From contig CAXBMO010000009.1 of the NCBI GenBank assembly GCA_963977015.1, positions 160,001 to 224,000 on the forward strand: 64,000 nucleotides of DNA, written 5' to 3'. Shown in pieces: positions 20,096 through 30,569 of this stretch (its first letter is position 1; each line of letters starts with the position of its first letter). The notes below the pieces were generated by a model that searched no databases, was not told the origin of the DNA, and was given only the letters and a program-made list of their open reading frames with translations. The DNA comes from an uncultured bacterium (lineage in GTDB: Bacteria; Verrucomicrobiota; Verrucomicrobiia; Verrucomicrobiales; DEV007). The translations under genes were made by a program, and so were the position numbers.

Positions 20096-21310
20096 CTACT
20101 CGAGGCCGGACGCGGCCTGATAACTTGAGTATGCCGCGTCTGATTCCGTGAATTGGCTGGAAATCGCGATTCCCTCGATCATTCCGTTCCAATTTCGCCC
20201 TTCCAGGTACTCGTCTCCAAACACGAGTTCCTGTTGCACGTCCCAATTGCTGAAATCGCCCTCCACATCCTGGGTGCGAAGCACTTCTTCTCCATCCAGA
20301 TAAGTGACCAACTCTCCCGGCCGGTAGGTGACCAAAACGTAGTGCGAGACATTGGCCTCAATGGGGCAGAGCTTGATTTCAGGGCGGCTGCCGTTCAATC
20401 CCGTCTCAACCGTCCGCAACCTCAAAATCAGCGAATTTCTGGACTGACCAAGAGTGAAGTTCCGCAAATCTCCATCCGTTGAGAAAGTTATGATGCGAGC
20501 GGGGCCGCTCTGGTCGAGATCGAAACTGGTAAAAACGGTTTCCAAGGTCATCTCCCCTGCCCTGCCAATCGCGGAGGTCAGGGGACGGCTCGCCCGGCGA
20601 GCGAGAAAGGACCCATCCACGAGTCGCATCCTCCCCTCATCGTCAAACACCGCCTCGTTTCGCGCCATGAGCCGCACTTTGTTTCGCGAAAGGCCTCCGA
20701 TTTCGGCTTCTTCATCCATTCCACATTTCCAGGCAAAAACGAGCGAGGACTCCCGATCAACCGGCCAATCACGCTGTTCCCAGGACTTGGGTTCCCGCGA
20801 TCCACCTGCCTTGGAACTGCCGGCACTGACGCGGCGGGCTTCTTCCAACACCGCGTTCACGGCTTCAGATTCTCCGGCTAAAAGCAGCGAACTGCGCAAT
20901 GTTTTGAGCCGTTCCAGATACTGAACACGAATCGTTTCCCGCTTGGCATCACGTGCGGCTTGGATTTTTGCAGCTTCCTGACTGAGTTTTTCCCGCACGG
21001 GGCCAATGCCAGGAAATTCGCCTTTCCCAATTTCCTGCCGCATTCGGGCCAACTTGGCTTCAGCTTTTGCCAACGTTGCATTCTCAACATCGCCATTCTC
21101 TTCAAATGCCTGCCCCAACCGTTCAACCGCGACGGCATATTGCTCAAAGAGCGTTCGCTCCCGATCCTCAAAAGGTTCGCAAACAATGTCGAGCATCGCC
21201 TCATACTGTCCGCGCATGACCTCCAACGGAGGTTGTGAATCCTGCGCCAGGATTGACGCGGCTATCCAGAGCTTCAGAATAACGAAGGCAGATGGTTGGA
21301 ATTTAATCAT
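20096..21310 (-). CDS. Exported protein with helical N-terminus and C-terminal LamG/concanavalin-A-like domain
   Basis: TLETVF...GPARIITFS...NFTLGQ...HYVLVTY...YLDG...WNGMIEGIAI. Confidence 0.75.
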   Translation of the reverse strand: MIKFQPSAFVILKLWIAASILAQDSQPPLEVMRGQYEAMLDIVCEPFEDRERTLFEQYAVAVERLGQAFEENGDVENATLAKAEAKLARMRQEIGKGEFPGIGPVREKLSQEAAKIQAARDAKRETIRVQYLERLKTLRSSLLLAGESEAVNAVLEEARRVSAGSSKAGGSREPKSWEQRDWPVDRESSLVFAWKCGMDEEAEIGGLSRNKVRLMARNEAVFDDEGRMRLVDGSFLARRASRPLTSAIGRAGEMTLETVFTSFDLDQSGPARIITFSTDGDLRNFTLGQSRNSLILRLRTVETGLNGSRPEIKLCPIEANVSHYVLVTYRPGELVTYLDGEEVLRTQDVEGDFSNWDVQQELVFGDEYLEGRNWNGMIEGIAISSQFTESDAAYSSYQAASGLE

Positions 21311-21381
21311 CAGCAGATTTGGTGAACCAATCGCTAAAAACAGGTTTTCACCGCAAGGTGTTCGCGCTTTGGTCCGGGATT

Positions 21382-22743
21382 ATGTGGAAAGGCCGTTTTG
21401 AAACTGAAACTTCTGATCTTGTTCAACAGCTGGGAGAATCGATCTCGTTCGATTGGCGACTCTATCGTCATGATGTCCGCGGATCGATCGCTCACTCCAA
21501 GGCATTGCTGAATGCTGGCATTCTAACCAGCGAGGAGCAAGCGGCCATTGAAAAGGGACTGCTGGAAATCTGCGACGAAATCGCGAAAGGCGATTTTGAG
21601 TTCAAGATCGAGCTTGAGGACGTTCACATGAATATTGAATCCGCATTGACCGCTCGAATCGGCGATGCCGGGGCCAAGCTTCACACCGCGCGAAGCCGAA
21701 ACGATCAAGTCGCGCTGGATTCACGCATGTATTGCCGGGATGAGGTCGCCGAAATCGGGAACCTGATCTCCGGTCTCCAAACCGCCTTGCTCGATTGCGC
21801 CGAACGCTTCCCCAAAGCCGTCGTTCCGGGATACACCCACCTGCAACGCGGCCAACCCGTCCTCTTCGCCCACCATTTGCTCGCCTACGTGGAGATGTTC
21901 AGCCGGGACGCCGATCGCCTTGCCGATGCACAAACCCGGATTGACGTCATGCCGCTCGGTTCCGGCGCGTTGGCGGGTTCCACCATCGTCCTTGATCGAG
22001 AACTGGTCGCCAAAGAGCTCGGCTTCTCCAAGATCAGTCAAAACAGCATGGACGCCGTCAGCGACCGCGATTTCATCGCCGAAATTCTCTTCGACCTCAG
22101 CCTGCTCGGCCTTCACCTGTCCCGATTGAGCGAGGACATCGTGCTTTGGGCCAGCGCTGAGTTCGGATTCGTCACCTTGAGCGACGCCCACACCACCGGT
22201 TCCAGTCTCATGCCGCAGAAGAAGAACCCGGACGTCGCGGAATTGACGCGCGGCAAGTCGGGACGGCTTGTCGGCAATCTCGTCAGCCTCATCACTACGC
22301 TGAAAGGTCTTCCCATGACCTACAATCGCGACCTTCAGGAGGACAAGGAACCGCTCTTCGACTCCATCGACACCGCCAAACTCGTCCTCAAGGTTTTCAC
22401 TGAAATGATCGCCGAAATGCGCATCAATGAGGAAACGACCCGCGAGGCGGCCAGCGACCCAATGCTCCTGGCAACGGACATTGCCGATTACCTGGTTCTC
22501 AAAGGCATTCCGTTTCGCCAGGCTCACGAAATCGTCGGGAAAGCCACCGCCCACTGCGTCAAGGAGAAGTGCGGTTTCCCGGATCTCACGCTCGACCAAT
22601 TCCGGCAATTCAGCGACGCGTTCGATGATTCCGTGTTCGATCTCTTCAACGTCGAAAAGGCCCTGGCAGCCCGAAAAGGAATCGGTGCGCCATCCCCCGA
22701 AAACGTCGCCTTCCAGATCGAACGTTGGCGAAAAATTCTCTAA
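21382..22743 (+). CDS. argH: Argininosuccinate lyase
   Basis: MWKGRF, EDVHMNIE, LHTARSRNDQ, GYTHLQ, GSSLMPQKKNPD, YNRDLQEDKE. Confidence 0.97.
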   Translation: MWKGRFETETSDLVQQLGESISFDWRLYRHDVRGSIAHSKALLNAGILTSEEQAAIEKGLLEICDEIAKGDFEFKIELEDVHMNIESALTARIGDAGAKLHTARSRNDQVALDSRMYCRDEVAEIGNLISGLQTALLDCAERFPKAVVPGYTHLQRGQPVLFAHHLLAYVEMFSRDADRLADAQTRIDVMPLGSGALAGSTIVLDRELVAKELGFSKISQNSMDAVSDRDFIAEILFDLSLLGLHLSRLSEDIVLWASAEFGFVTLSDAHTTGSSLMPQKKNPDVAELTRGKSGRLVGNLVSLITTLKGLPMTYNRDLQEDKEPLFDSIDTAKLVLKVFTEMIAEMRINEETTREAASDPMLLATDIADYLVLKGIPFRQAHEIVGKATAHCVKEKCGFPDLTLDQFRQFSDAFDDSVFDLFNVEKALAARKGIGAPSPENVAFQIERWRKIL

Positions 22744-22770
22744 CGGCGGCAGCTCTCTCGAAACCGCACC

Positions 22771-23442
22771 TCAACGGGTGATGACCGTCGCCCGAATCGG
22801 GGTTTTTGAGCGAGCTTTGCCATAGAGCCTTTCCATCGGAATATCCAACACCGGATACTGCTCCCACCCCACCGCATCAAAGTGCCACCATTCCGTCTTC
22901 ATGATTTTGAACCCATGGCGAACCATGACGGATTGAAGCGTCTTTCGATTCTCGAGAACGCGGCCTTTGAGTTTGAGATACTGGGCGTGGGCTTGCGGCG
23001 TAAAGACGTCGTAGCCAGTCGGCATTTCGAGCTCCCTGCCCATGGCATCGACGAGTGTCAGATCAACCGCCGCGCCTCGATTGTGTCGTGAGCCTCTGGC
23101 CGGGTTCGCCACGAATTTGGGGTTCGGCATGACCTTCCACAACTCCCGCTGGACGGCGAGAGGCCGATATCCGTCCCAGAGTTTCAACCCAAGTCCCTGG
23201 TCTTCCAGTTCAGCCTGAACATTGGCCAACCGTTCCGCGACCGGGCGAAGCAGGTAGGCCCGATGCTCCGGGTAAAATTGTCTGCCACAAAAGTTGTTGG
23301 CCGTCGCATACGGCAGTTCCACAATGATTCCGGGGATGAAGTCATTGATGCAAACCAAGTCTGCGGCCCGAGTTGCCGACGAAGACAGACTTACAATGCC
23401 AACGGTGAGCATCAGAATTCTCATGAGCGGAACCAACATCAT
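22771..23442 (-). CDS. ddpX: D-alanyl-D-alanine dipeptidase (VanX/DdpX, peptidase M15D), exported
   Basis: YATANNF, WDGYRP, SRHNRGAAVDLTL, MPTGYD, EWWHF. Confidence 0.9.
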   Translation of the reverse strand: MMLVPLMRILMLTVGIVSLSSSATRAADLVCINDFIPGIIVELPYATANNFCGRQFYPEHRAYLLRPVAERLANVQAELEDQGLGLKLWDGYRPLAVQRELWKVMPNPKFVANPARGSRHNRGAAVDLTLVDAMGRELEMPTGYDVFTPQAHAQYLKLKGRVLENRKTLQSVMVRHGFKIMKTEWWHFDAVGWEQYPVLDIPMERLYGKARSKTPIRATVITR

Positions 23443-25859
23443 TTGGGACGCATCAAGATTTTACCACTGCTTTGAAGCCGCGTCGCCATCCATCCGACCA
23501 ATTCGGCGTAAACCCAATGCTTCCCATCGACATACCGTTCACTCAGTTGCTTGACGTAGACGTAGTTGTTCACCTCAGCAATTTTGTCACTTCCCGTGTC
23601 CGTGCCTGCGCGCATGGAAAGCACCCCATCGCTTGACTGGACACTCCAGGTTCCGTTGCCGGTCGACTTCATGTAGGTGGTTTGGGTCCCCTCGGCCACC
23701 ATCCACCCTCTCACTCGAACTTCGACCCACCGATTGTTTGCGGTTCGCCCGGTTGCGACCAGAGGAACCGAAAACTGTCGAAACGCGGCGCCCAGACTGG
23801 CCGCATCGCTGTCAGCGGCCGCCCTGACCGTGACACCTTCTTTTCCCGCATAGACCACCTCATAATTGGACACGGCTGGACTTTGCTGAACCGGCGTTGG
23901 ATTCTCCGGGAAGGAAATTTCCGCGTCTTCAATGCGGGCGGAAAGGATAAACCCGGCATCATCAGTTCGGCTCGACTTGATCTCAAAGTAATTGGTTCCG
24001 GTAATGATTTTGCGAGTTGCCCCATCAGAAACGTAGTAGCGGGCCTTCAAGGAAACGGAATATCGCTCGCTCCGAATCTCGCTCACATGGGGCTCACTCA
24101 GAATTTCATGCGTCCTTTGAGTCCACCTCGAATTGTACGCGTTCAGCTTCTCGGCAATTTCATCTCGACCGAGATAACCGTAGTCAAAATAGCGCGCCCG
24201 GTTCGCAAAAAAGCGAAGCTGGTCCTGACCCGAATCACTGTCGCCGGCGCTCAAATAGGCGAGCGCATAGTTTTTGACCGCTTCGCTGTGATCTTCTTTG
24301 ACGGGTTCGGTTTTCGGCTCATCCGGAGGCGGAGTTACGGGTTTGGCGACCGACGCCAATTCGTTGGCTACGTCCATTCGAATTTTTCGAACCCGGTCGC
24401 TCAGTTTGGTCACGGACTTGGAGTGCTTCCTCATTTCGTCCGCCAATTGATTTGCTTCGGCATGAACTTCAGCCGAGGCGCCCTGGCGTTTGGAGATCGA
24501 CAACAATTCGTCCATTCGGTCCATGTTGGCTGACGCTTGATTCGTCATTCTTTCCACTTCATCAACATTGCTTCTGGCCTGGCTACGAAGTGCCGTCAGC
24601 CTGCCCCCCGAAGCGGTGCTGGTTTCCTTGTTAATGGCAATCCAATAGCCGTCTGCCCGATCCCTTTCGCTGCGAATCGTGGCAAAGGTGGTCGAAACCG
24701 ATTGTCGTAGATCCCTCATCGCCGTTGGCGAAGTGCTTCCCGGAACGAAGCCGGCGACGGGATCAACCTTTGGCGGGGGATCGGCAGCATAGGTGATGCG
24801 AGCGGTTGTGCTCTGCACGTCTCCGGGAGGATGGAAACGTTCCCAGGCCAACCATCCTCCTACTCCCAGAATGGCAATGGAGGCAAAAACGACCGCAAAC
24901 AGAAGACCACTTCTCCGATTCGGTTGACGTCCGGTGGCCAATCGTTCTGTTCGCTTTTTGAGTGCGGTTCGTCGTTTCCGGGCATTCTCGAAACATTCCC
25001 GCCATTCCCCCACAGTTTGAGGGCGATGGGTTTCTTCGAAAGATAGGGCGACATCGACGCCGTCAACGAAACCGCTCGAAAAATCCCCCAGGTCCAAGTT
25101 CTGAAAGTTCAACGGATCGACCGCTTTTGTCCGGCCGGCAGCTTCCGGAGGAGCCTTGCCAACCATCGCCCGATACATGACCGCACCCAGCGAATAAATG
25201 TCCGTCCAGGGTCCCTGATTCCCGCTCTCATGATACTGCTCGAACGGGGCATAAGCAGGTGTCAGGACAGCGGTCATCGCCCGGGTCTTTCCGCCCACCG
25301 CCAGTCTCGCACTCCCAAAATCGATCAACACCGGACTGCCATCGCGCGTGATGATGATGTTCTCCGGCTTGATGTCGCGATGCAGATAGCCATTCTCATG
25401 CACAACTTCCAATCCTTCCATGAGCTTGCTGAGAATGGTCCAGAGTTCATCCTCCGAAGGAGTCCGGTCCAATTTTTCCAACCAGTCTCCCAAACTCTCA
25501 CCGTCGAGGAAGTCCGTTACCATGTAGCCGGTGCCATTCGCCTGGAAAATTTCATGAACGCAGACAATGGACTCGTGGTCGCAGGCGGCAAGGATGCGCC
25601 CCTCCTCCATAAATCGCTGTAGCGCCCATTGAAAGGTATCAACATCAGCCTGGGTTTTCGGCGCCACCCTCACTCCATCGCGGGTGGCAAAATCAGACGG
25701 GAGCAACTCTTTGATTGCCACCTTTCTTTTGAGCTCCAGATCCTTAGCCTCGTAGGTGATGCCAAACCCTCCAAAGCCCAGAATTCGGCCCAACTTGTAA
25801 TGACTCAATTGCGTTCCCTCAGCGAGGGCCAACCGATGCGATCTAGCGGTTTGACTCAT
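23439..25859 (-). CDS. Ser/Thr kinase K1: kinase, TM, coiled coil, NTF2-like domain and two SH3b-like repeats
   Basis: GFGGFGITY, VAIKE, HRDIKPEN, DFG, YAPFEQ. TM GLLFAVVFASIAILGVGGWLAW. C-terminal repeats VTVRAAADSDA..WVEVRVRGWM and LSMRAGTDTGS..WVYAELVGWM. Confidence 0.9.
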   Translation of the reverse strand: MSQTARSHRLALAEGTQLSHYKLGRILGFGGFGITYEAKDLELKRKVAIKELLPSDFATRDGVRVAPKTQADVDTFQWALQRFMEEGRILAACDHESIVCVHEIFQANGTGYMVTDFLDGESLGDWLEKLDRTPSEDELWTILSKLMEGLEVVHENGYLHRDIKPENIIITRDGSPVLIDFGSARLAVGGKTRAMTAVLTPAYAPFEQYHESGNQGPWTDIYSLGAVMYRAMVGKAPPEAAGRTKAVDPLNFQNLDLGDFSSGFVDGVDVALSFEETHRPQTVGEWRECFENARKRRTALKKRTERLATGRQPNRRSGLLFAVVFASIAILGVGGWLAWERFHPPGDVQSTTARITYAADPPPKVDPVAGFVPGSTSPTAMRDLRQSVSTTFATIRSERDRADGYWIAINKETSTASGGRLTALRSQARSNVDEVERMTNQASANMDRMDELLSISKRQGASAEVHAEANQLADEMRKHSKSVTKLSDRVRKIRMDVANELASVAKPVTPPPDEPKTEPVKEDHSEAVKNYALAYLSAGDSDSGQDQLRFFANRARYFDYGYLGRDEIAEKLNAYNSRWTQRTHEILSEPHVSEIRSERYSVSLKARYYVSDGATRKIITGTNYFEIKSSRTDDAGFILSARIEDAEISFPENPTPVQQSPAVSNYEVVYAGKEGVTVRAAADSDAASLGAAFRQFSVPLVATGRTANNRWVEVRVRGWMVAEGTQTTYMKSTGNGTWSVQSSDGVLSMRAGTDTGSDKIAEVNNYVYVKQLSERYVDGKHWVYAELVGWMATRLQSSGKILMRPK

Positions 25860-26038
25860 GTTCTCCTGTACCTTTCTCCCCTTGACGCTCTCAATTTTTG
25901 GCCCTGAAAGTCAAGCACGAAGTCAGCCTCGCAACAGGGTCGCATTCTACGGGTCAAAAACCCAGAATTTGGTTTGACCAGGAGAACCCAACTAGGCTAG
26001 CAATAGGCCAATGATGATAAAAGGAGGGGCGAACATTC

Positions 26039-27499
26039 TTGGTTAATTCACCGCTAGCGACCAGACGCACGAACGTTGCGTTCAGAAGGTTGGGATTTCT
26101 TCTGCTTTTTATCGGGATGGTTGCTCTGGGGTGGGCACGGTTCGATTTCCGACAAATAAAGGATGGAGTGGTCCGAATTGTCGTGTTGAGTGAGGAAGCG
26201 GAAACGACGGGCAAGGGAATGATTTCGCTAGGTTCCGGATTCGTCATTTCCTCCCAAGGTCATATCGTTACAAATCAGCATATGATCGATAAACCGGGTA
26301 GGATTCTTGCGGTTCAACTTCGGGACAACAAAGTCAAAGTCTGGAGAGTCGGCGCCGTGGTGTATGAAAGCCGGGAAAAGGACTTGGCAGTCCTGCTGGT
26401 CCCCGAGCTCGGGGGCCTTCCAATCCGCCTTGCCAAGAACGATCCTTACCCTGGCGACGAAGTGATTACGATCGGATTCCCTGGCATGGCCGATGCCCAA
26501 CAGGAAAAGGATTTTTTCGTCAATGCGTTGCTGGAATCCGGGTTCCGCGACTTGCCACTGAAAGACGGTTACGTGAATTTCGTCCGGCCCTCCGTGATCC
26601 GCGGAAATGTGGAGGATGTCAGGATTCAATCAAATTGGGGACGCGACAACAATGCCCGGTGCACGATCATTCGGCATAACGCACCCACAGCCAGTGGAAA
26701 TAGCGGAGGCGCTCTGGTCAACGATTCCAACGAAATTGTCGGAGTGCATACCGCCAGCGATGCCGAGGCACGTGATGACAAAACCAAGGCCTCACAGGGC
26801 AAAAAAGTCGGCCTGGGCCTCGCCGTCAGCGAACTGATCGAAGTCCTGGAATCCGTAGGCATTCCCTACAACGAAATTCCTGCCAAGACGACCGGTGAAG
26901 TCGAACCAGGAAATTCCCGCTCGGAAACCTCCACAGCTGAAGAGGCGGCTCCCACTTGGGCCAAAGCATTGCCCTTTGTAATGATCGGTTTGGCCGTGGT
27001 ATTGGTTATTCCCGCGCTCAAGTTGCTGTTGGGAGATCGGACCTCAACAAAGACCGCACGCAGAAAGCCTCATCAACGAATCGCGGGCGAGTTCCCTTCT
27101 GCCCCGGCTTCAGAGAAGGGAGCCACGGTCGGAAACCAGAGGTCCAACCACCAATCCAACGGAAGATTACTCGGCTCGTTATCGGGCACGGACGAGCAAG
27201 GAAAACGCTACTTTTTTCAACTTTCTGCTTCCGATTTTCAGGGAAGGGGCGATAGCTTGAAAGTCGGCAGGACAGGCAATCACGTCGAGATAGCTATCCC
27301 ACATCCCAGCATTTCTCGAGTGCATGCATCCCTCCGTTATTCCCCTGACAATAATGAAATTGCACTACGTGATGAAAACTCTGCAAATGGTTGCAGAATC
27401 AACGGCAAAAAGTTGACGGCTAAGGACGGTTTTCAGCCAATCGGAGGCGGTGATTGTCTCCAGTTGGGAACTGTGAAACTGGTTTACCAGCCCGAATAA
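26039..27499 (+). CDS. Trypsin-like serine protease-TM-FHA protein T1
   Basis: Signal/anchor. Triad in GSGFVI..TNQH, KDLAVL and GNSGG. TM LPFVMIGLAVVLVIPALKLLL. FHA motifs VGR..ISRVH..SANG. Confidence 0.88.
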   Translation: MVNSPLATRRTNVAFRRLGFLLLFIGMVALGWARFDFRQIKDGVVRIVVLSEEAETTGKGMISLGSGFVISSQGHIVTNQHMIDKPGRILAVQLRDNKVKVWRVGAVVYESREKDLAVLLVPELGGLPIRLAKNDPYPGDEVITIGFPGMADAQQEKDFFVNALLESGFRDLPLKDGYVNFVRPSVIRGNVEDVRIQSNWGRDNNARCTIIRHNAPTASGNSGGALVNDSNEIVGVHTASDAEARDDKTKASQGKKVGLGLAVSELIEVLESVGIPYNEIPAKTTGEVEPGNSRSETSTAEEAAPTWAKALPFVMIGLAVVLVIPALKLLLGDRTSTKTARRKPHQRIAGEFPSAPASEKGATVGNQRSNHQSNGRLLGSLSGTDEQGKRYFFQLSASDFQGRGDSLKVGRTGNHVEIAIPHPSISRVHASLRYSPDNNEIALRDENSANGCRINGKKLTAKDGFQPIGGGDCLQLGTVKLVYQPE

Positions 27500-27518
27500 C
27501 GACTCAAGTTTTCAATAA

Positions 27519-29315
27519 ATGGCATTAGAAAACCGACAGGCACTTATTCCAGGCACCATCTTGGGCGAAAAATACGAAATTCTTTCGTTACTCGGAAGCG
27601 GGGGATTCGGAATCACCTATCTCGCCATCGACAATACGCTCAATCGCAAAGTCGCGATCAAGGAGTTGATGCCAGGCGAGTTTGCGATGCGGGATTGGGA
27701 CTCCGAGGAGATCGTCGCAAAAACGCTGTCAGAGGAAACCTCACTCCAGTGGGCCAAGGATCGCTTCATTGAGGAAGCACGGGTACTCGCCCAATTTGAT
27801 CATCCTAACATCATTCATATCCACGACTATTTCATCTCGAGAAACACCGCCTACATGGTGACTTCTTATGAAGAGGGAGCTGATCTCAATACGTTTTTAA
27901 AGGAGAAAGGGCTCTTTCATCAGGAAGACATCAACACTTACATTCTCCCGATCCTCAATGGACTGCAGCTGGTCCACGAAAGCGGATTTCTGCACCGCGA
28001 CATCAAGCCCGACAATATCTACATCAATCACAAGGGCATCCCCATTCTTCTCGACTTTGGAGCGGCCCGCCAAGCCATTGGCAACAAAACCCGGGACATG
28101 ACGGCGATCGTCACGCCCCGATTCGCGCCGTTGGAGCAATACTCCAGCGATGGGAATATGGGGCCGTGGTCAGATATCTATTCCCTCGCCGCCGTCATCC
28201 ACAAAGTCATCACTGGCGATGCCCCACCTGACGCGACGACCCGGATTCGGTCCGATACCTACGAACCGTTGGCGGAAAAGCGCATCAAGGGCTTTGATCA
28301 CGCGTTCTTGACCTGTGTTGACTGGGCCTTGGAACAGTCCGAGGAACGGCGACCGCAAACCATTGCTCAATGGGTCGACCACTTCACGGTTTCGGGAGGC
28401 GCTCCACCAATCCCCACCGATCACTTTTCAGAAACCGTGGTGGCCGGAGGCAGTCGCGCCCCGTCGAGGCCTGTGAGAAGATCCACAGAAGAAACGGTCT
28501 TGACTCAACCTCGCCCCTCTTCAGCGGTTTCCGAACCCAGGAAATCACGCACAGGTCTCATCGCCGCCTTGTTTCTGGGATCAGCACTGTTTCTCGGCTT
28601 GGGAGGATTTGTGGCGCTGCGCCAATATTCCCCCGATCTCATCGCGTTCTTCGATAGCAGCGAATCCGACAATGATTCATCCGGTCCCATTGACGACGGT
28701 ACAGGCGGAAATGACACTGGGGCTCCACCACCCAACCCAATTCCCGAGGACGACAGCAAGCCCGACGTTTCCGAGGAAGAACCGGACAAGCAAACCGAAT
28801 CCCCGATCATCCTCCCACCGACTCCTCCAAAACCGCCGGACGAGACCAAGCCTCCGGTAGAATCAGTTTCACTCGATGAGTTGGTCGACTACGTGACCGC
28901 TGTGGACCGCCGACTGTGGGATGCCTGGTATGCGGACCGAATCATTCGAGCGTCGATCCAACCGCAGATGAACCTTCGTGATCCGGATATGAGCGAAGCG
29001 GAATTTCGGGCCAACCAGACCAAACTCCAGGAAGCCTTCACCGCCCGAAACAATCAGGTCATCCAGTACTGCGAGGACGTTCGCCTCGACGTCGCGAAGC
29101 TGATGAAATACGAAGAGTCGCAAGTGGATCAGGCCTTTGCCGCCAGACTCAGCCAAATCCAGCAAACCGGAGTTGAGCGCAAGGTTAATACGGAAGTTCA
29201 ACAGAAACTTCTTGGAATCGCAAAGTCCATTTATAAGGATGAAAAGGCGGGTTTGATCGTGAACGCAAACGCCATCAGGGAACGAATCAAAGGCCTTTCT
29301 GCATTGCAGAAATAA
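27519..29315 (+). CDS. Ser/Thr kinase K2: kinase, TM, Pro/acidic linker and helical extracytoplasmic domain
   Basis: GSGGFGITY, VAIKE, HRDIKPDN, DFG, FAPLEQ. TM LIAALFLGSALFLGLGGFVAL. Confidence 0.92.
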   Translation: MALENRQALIPGTILGEKYEILSLLGSGGFGITYLAIDNTLNRKVAIKELMPGEFAMRDWDSEEIVAKTLSEETSLQWAKDRFIEEARVLAQFDHPNIIHIHDYFISRNTAYMVTSYEEGADLNTFLKEKGLFHQEDINTYILPILNGLQLVHESGFLHRDIKPDNIYINHKGIPILLDFGAARQAIGNKTRDMTAIVTPRFAPLEQYSSDGNMGPWSDIYSLAAVIHKVITGDAPPDATTRIRSDTYEPLAEKRIKGFDHAFLTCVDWALEQSEERRPQTIAQWVDHFTVSGGAPPIPTDHFSETVVAGGSRAPSRPVRRSTEETVLTQPRPSSAVSEPRKSRTGLIAALFLGSALFLGLGGFVALRQYSPDLIAFFDSSESDNDSSGPIDDGTGGNDTGAPPPNPIPEDDSKPDVSEEEPDKQTESPIILPPTPPKPPDETKPPVESVSLDELVDYVTAVDRRLWDAWYADRIIRASIQPQMNLRDPDMSEAEFRANQTKLQEAFTARNNQVIQYCEDVRLDVAKLMKYEESQVDQAFAARLSQIQQTGVERKVNTEVQQKLLGIAKSIYKDEKAGLIVNANAIRERIKGLSALQK

Positions 29316-29370
29316 TGGACGACTTTTCTCAACAACTCTCCAACCAACAAAACACACACACAAAAACACA

Positions 29371-30006
29371 ATGAAAATACGAATTGTAGCCCTGGCTCTG
29401 ATTCCCGCACTGTTCCTATCCAGTTGCCAAACGACGAACATCGCAGAGACCCCGGATGAACTGAAAACGATGCGCCAAGCCAAAATCACATGGGCTGGAG
29501 CCGGAGCGATTTCAGGAGCAGCCGTGGGTGCAGGCATCGCGGCATTGAGTGGCGGAAGCTCGACGGCGATTCGTAATGCCGCAATTGGGGGCGGTATTGC
29601 AGGACTGGTGGCAGGACATCAAGTTGGAACACAGAAAGGCACGCAAACGGTAGAGAAAAAGCGGAGCTACACGGCAACCGAAGATTACCTGGCTGGCCAA
29701 ATCAGCAATGCGCAGAAGTTCAACTCCGCCTTGGTTTCCTATAACAGCAAGTTGAGGGGCCAAATCGCCTCTGCTAAGTCAAGTCCCGACGGTGCTGCGA
29801 TTCGCGGTCAGATCAAAACCGCAAACGCCGTGCTGAAAGAGGTTGACTCGGAAATGACCACACGGACCAAGCTTTTGGAAAATGCGGAAAGTGGTCCATC
29901 CAAAAACACGCTTACCCAGAAGAAGAACAGCCTGGCTCAACAAAAGAAGCAGCTGGAAAACAGCATTGCTGAGCTCGAGGAATTGGAGAAAATCTCCAAG
30001 GTATAA
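29371..30006 (+). CDS. Glycine-zipper/coiled-coil lipoprotein
   Basis: Lipobox LFLSSC, GAGAISGAAVGAG..RNAAIGGGIAGLVAG, C-terminal heptads. Confidence 0.85.
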   Translation: MKIRIVALALIPALFLSSCQTTNIAETPDELKTMRQAKITWAGAGAISGAAVGAGIAALSGGSSTAIRNAAIGGGIAGLVAGHQVGTQKGTQTVEKKRSYTATEDYLAGQISNAQKFNSALVSYNSKLRGQIASAKSSPDGAAIRGQIKTANAVLKEVDSEMTTRTKLLENAESGPSKNTLTQKKNSLAQQKKQLENSIAELEELEKISKV

Positions 30007-30039
30007 CCTTCGAGGAGTAGGACGACAACGAACCACCCT

Positions 30040-30426
30040 ATGAATTGGATTTATCATACTCTAAGAGTTACAGGCATCGCTGGTGTGTTGATCTTCGGCA
30101 CCGCATGTGAGACAACCGGCGATCCAAGAGCAGGCGGCTACTGGAACTGGAGCGAGACCAAGGCAATTCAACGCCAGGACGATCTCCGCGGCACCCTTGG
30201 TTCGCTCAACAGGGAGAACAGCCGTTTGCAAAGTGAACAGGCCAGCCTCAAAGCCCAATTGCGGAGCAAACAGTCGCAATTGAGTTCCTTGCAGCAGCAG
30301 AAAAAACGCGCTCAGCAGGAGTCAAAACCGGATCTCGTGGCCGCAACCACCAAAGAAATCAACCAACTCCAAGGTGATATCTCCTCGTTGGAAGCGGATC
30401 TTCGCCGGATTGAAAGCCGCATGTAG
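30040..30426 (+). CDS. Small coiled-coil lipoprotein
   Basis: Lipobox FGTAC, TTGDPRAGGYWNWSE, then a Q/L-rich coiled coil. Confidence 0.8.
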   Translation: MNWIYHTLRVTGIAGVLIFGTACETTGDPRAGGYWNWSETKAIQRQDDLRGTLGSLNRENSRLQSEQASLKAQLRSKQSQLSSLQQQKKRAQQESKPDLVAATTKEINQLQGDISSLEADLRRIESRM

Positions 30427-30569
30427 TCATGGAGTAGCGATCACGAATATCTTCCCCGCCTTCTCTCGCCACGCCAGAGAAGGCGGGGTTCTTGGTGGCA
30501 GGCTTGGGAAATAACATGATAACTTTTCACAAAACACCGTGGAGGCGAACGCTACTACCGGGCTGATTG

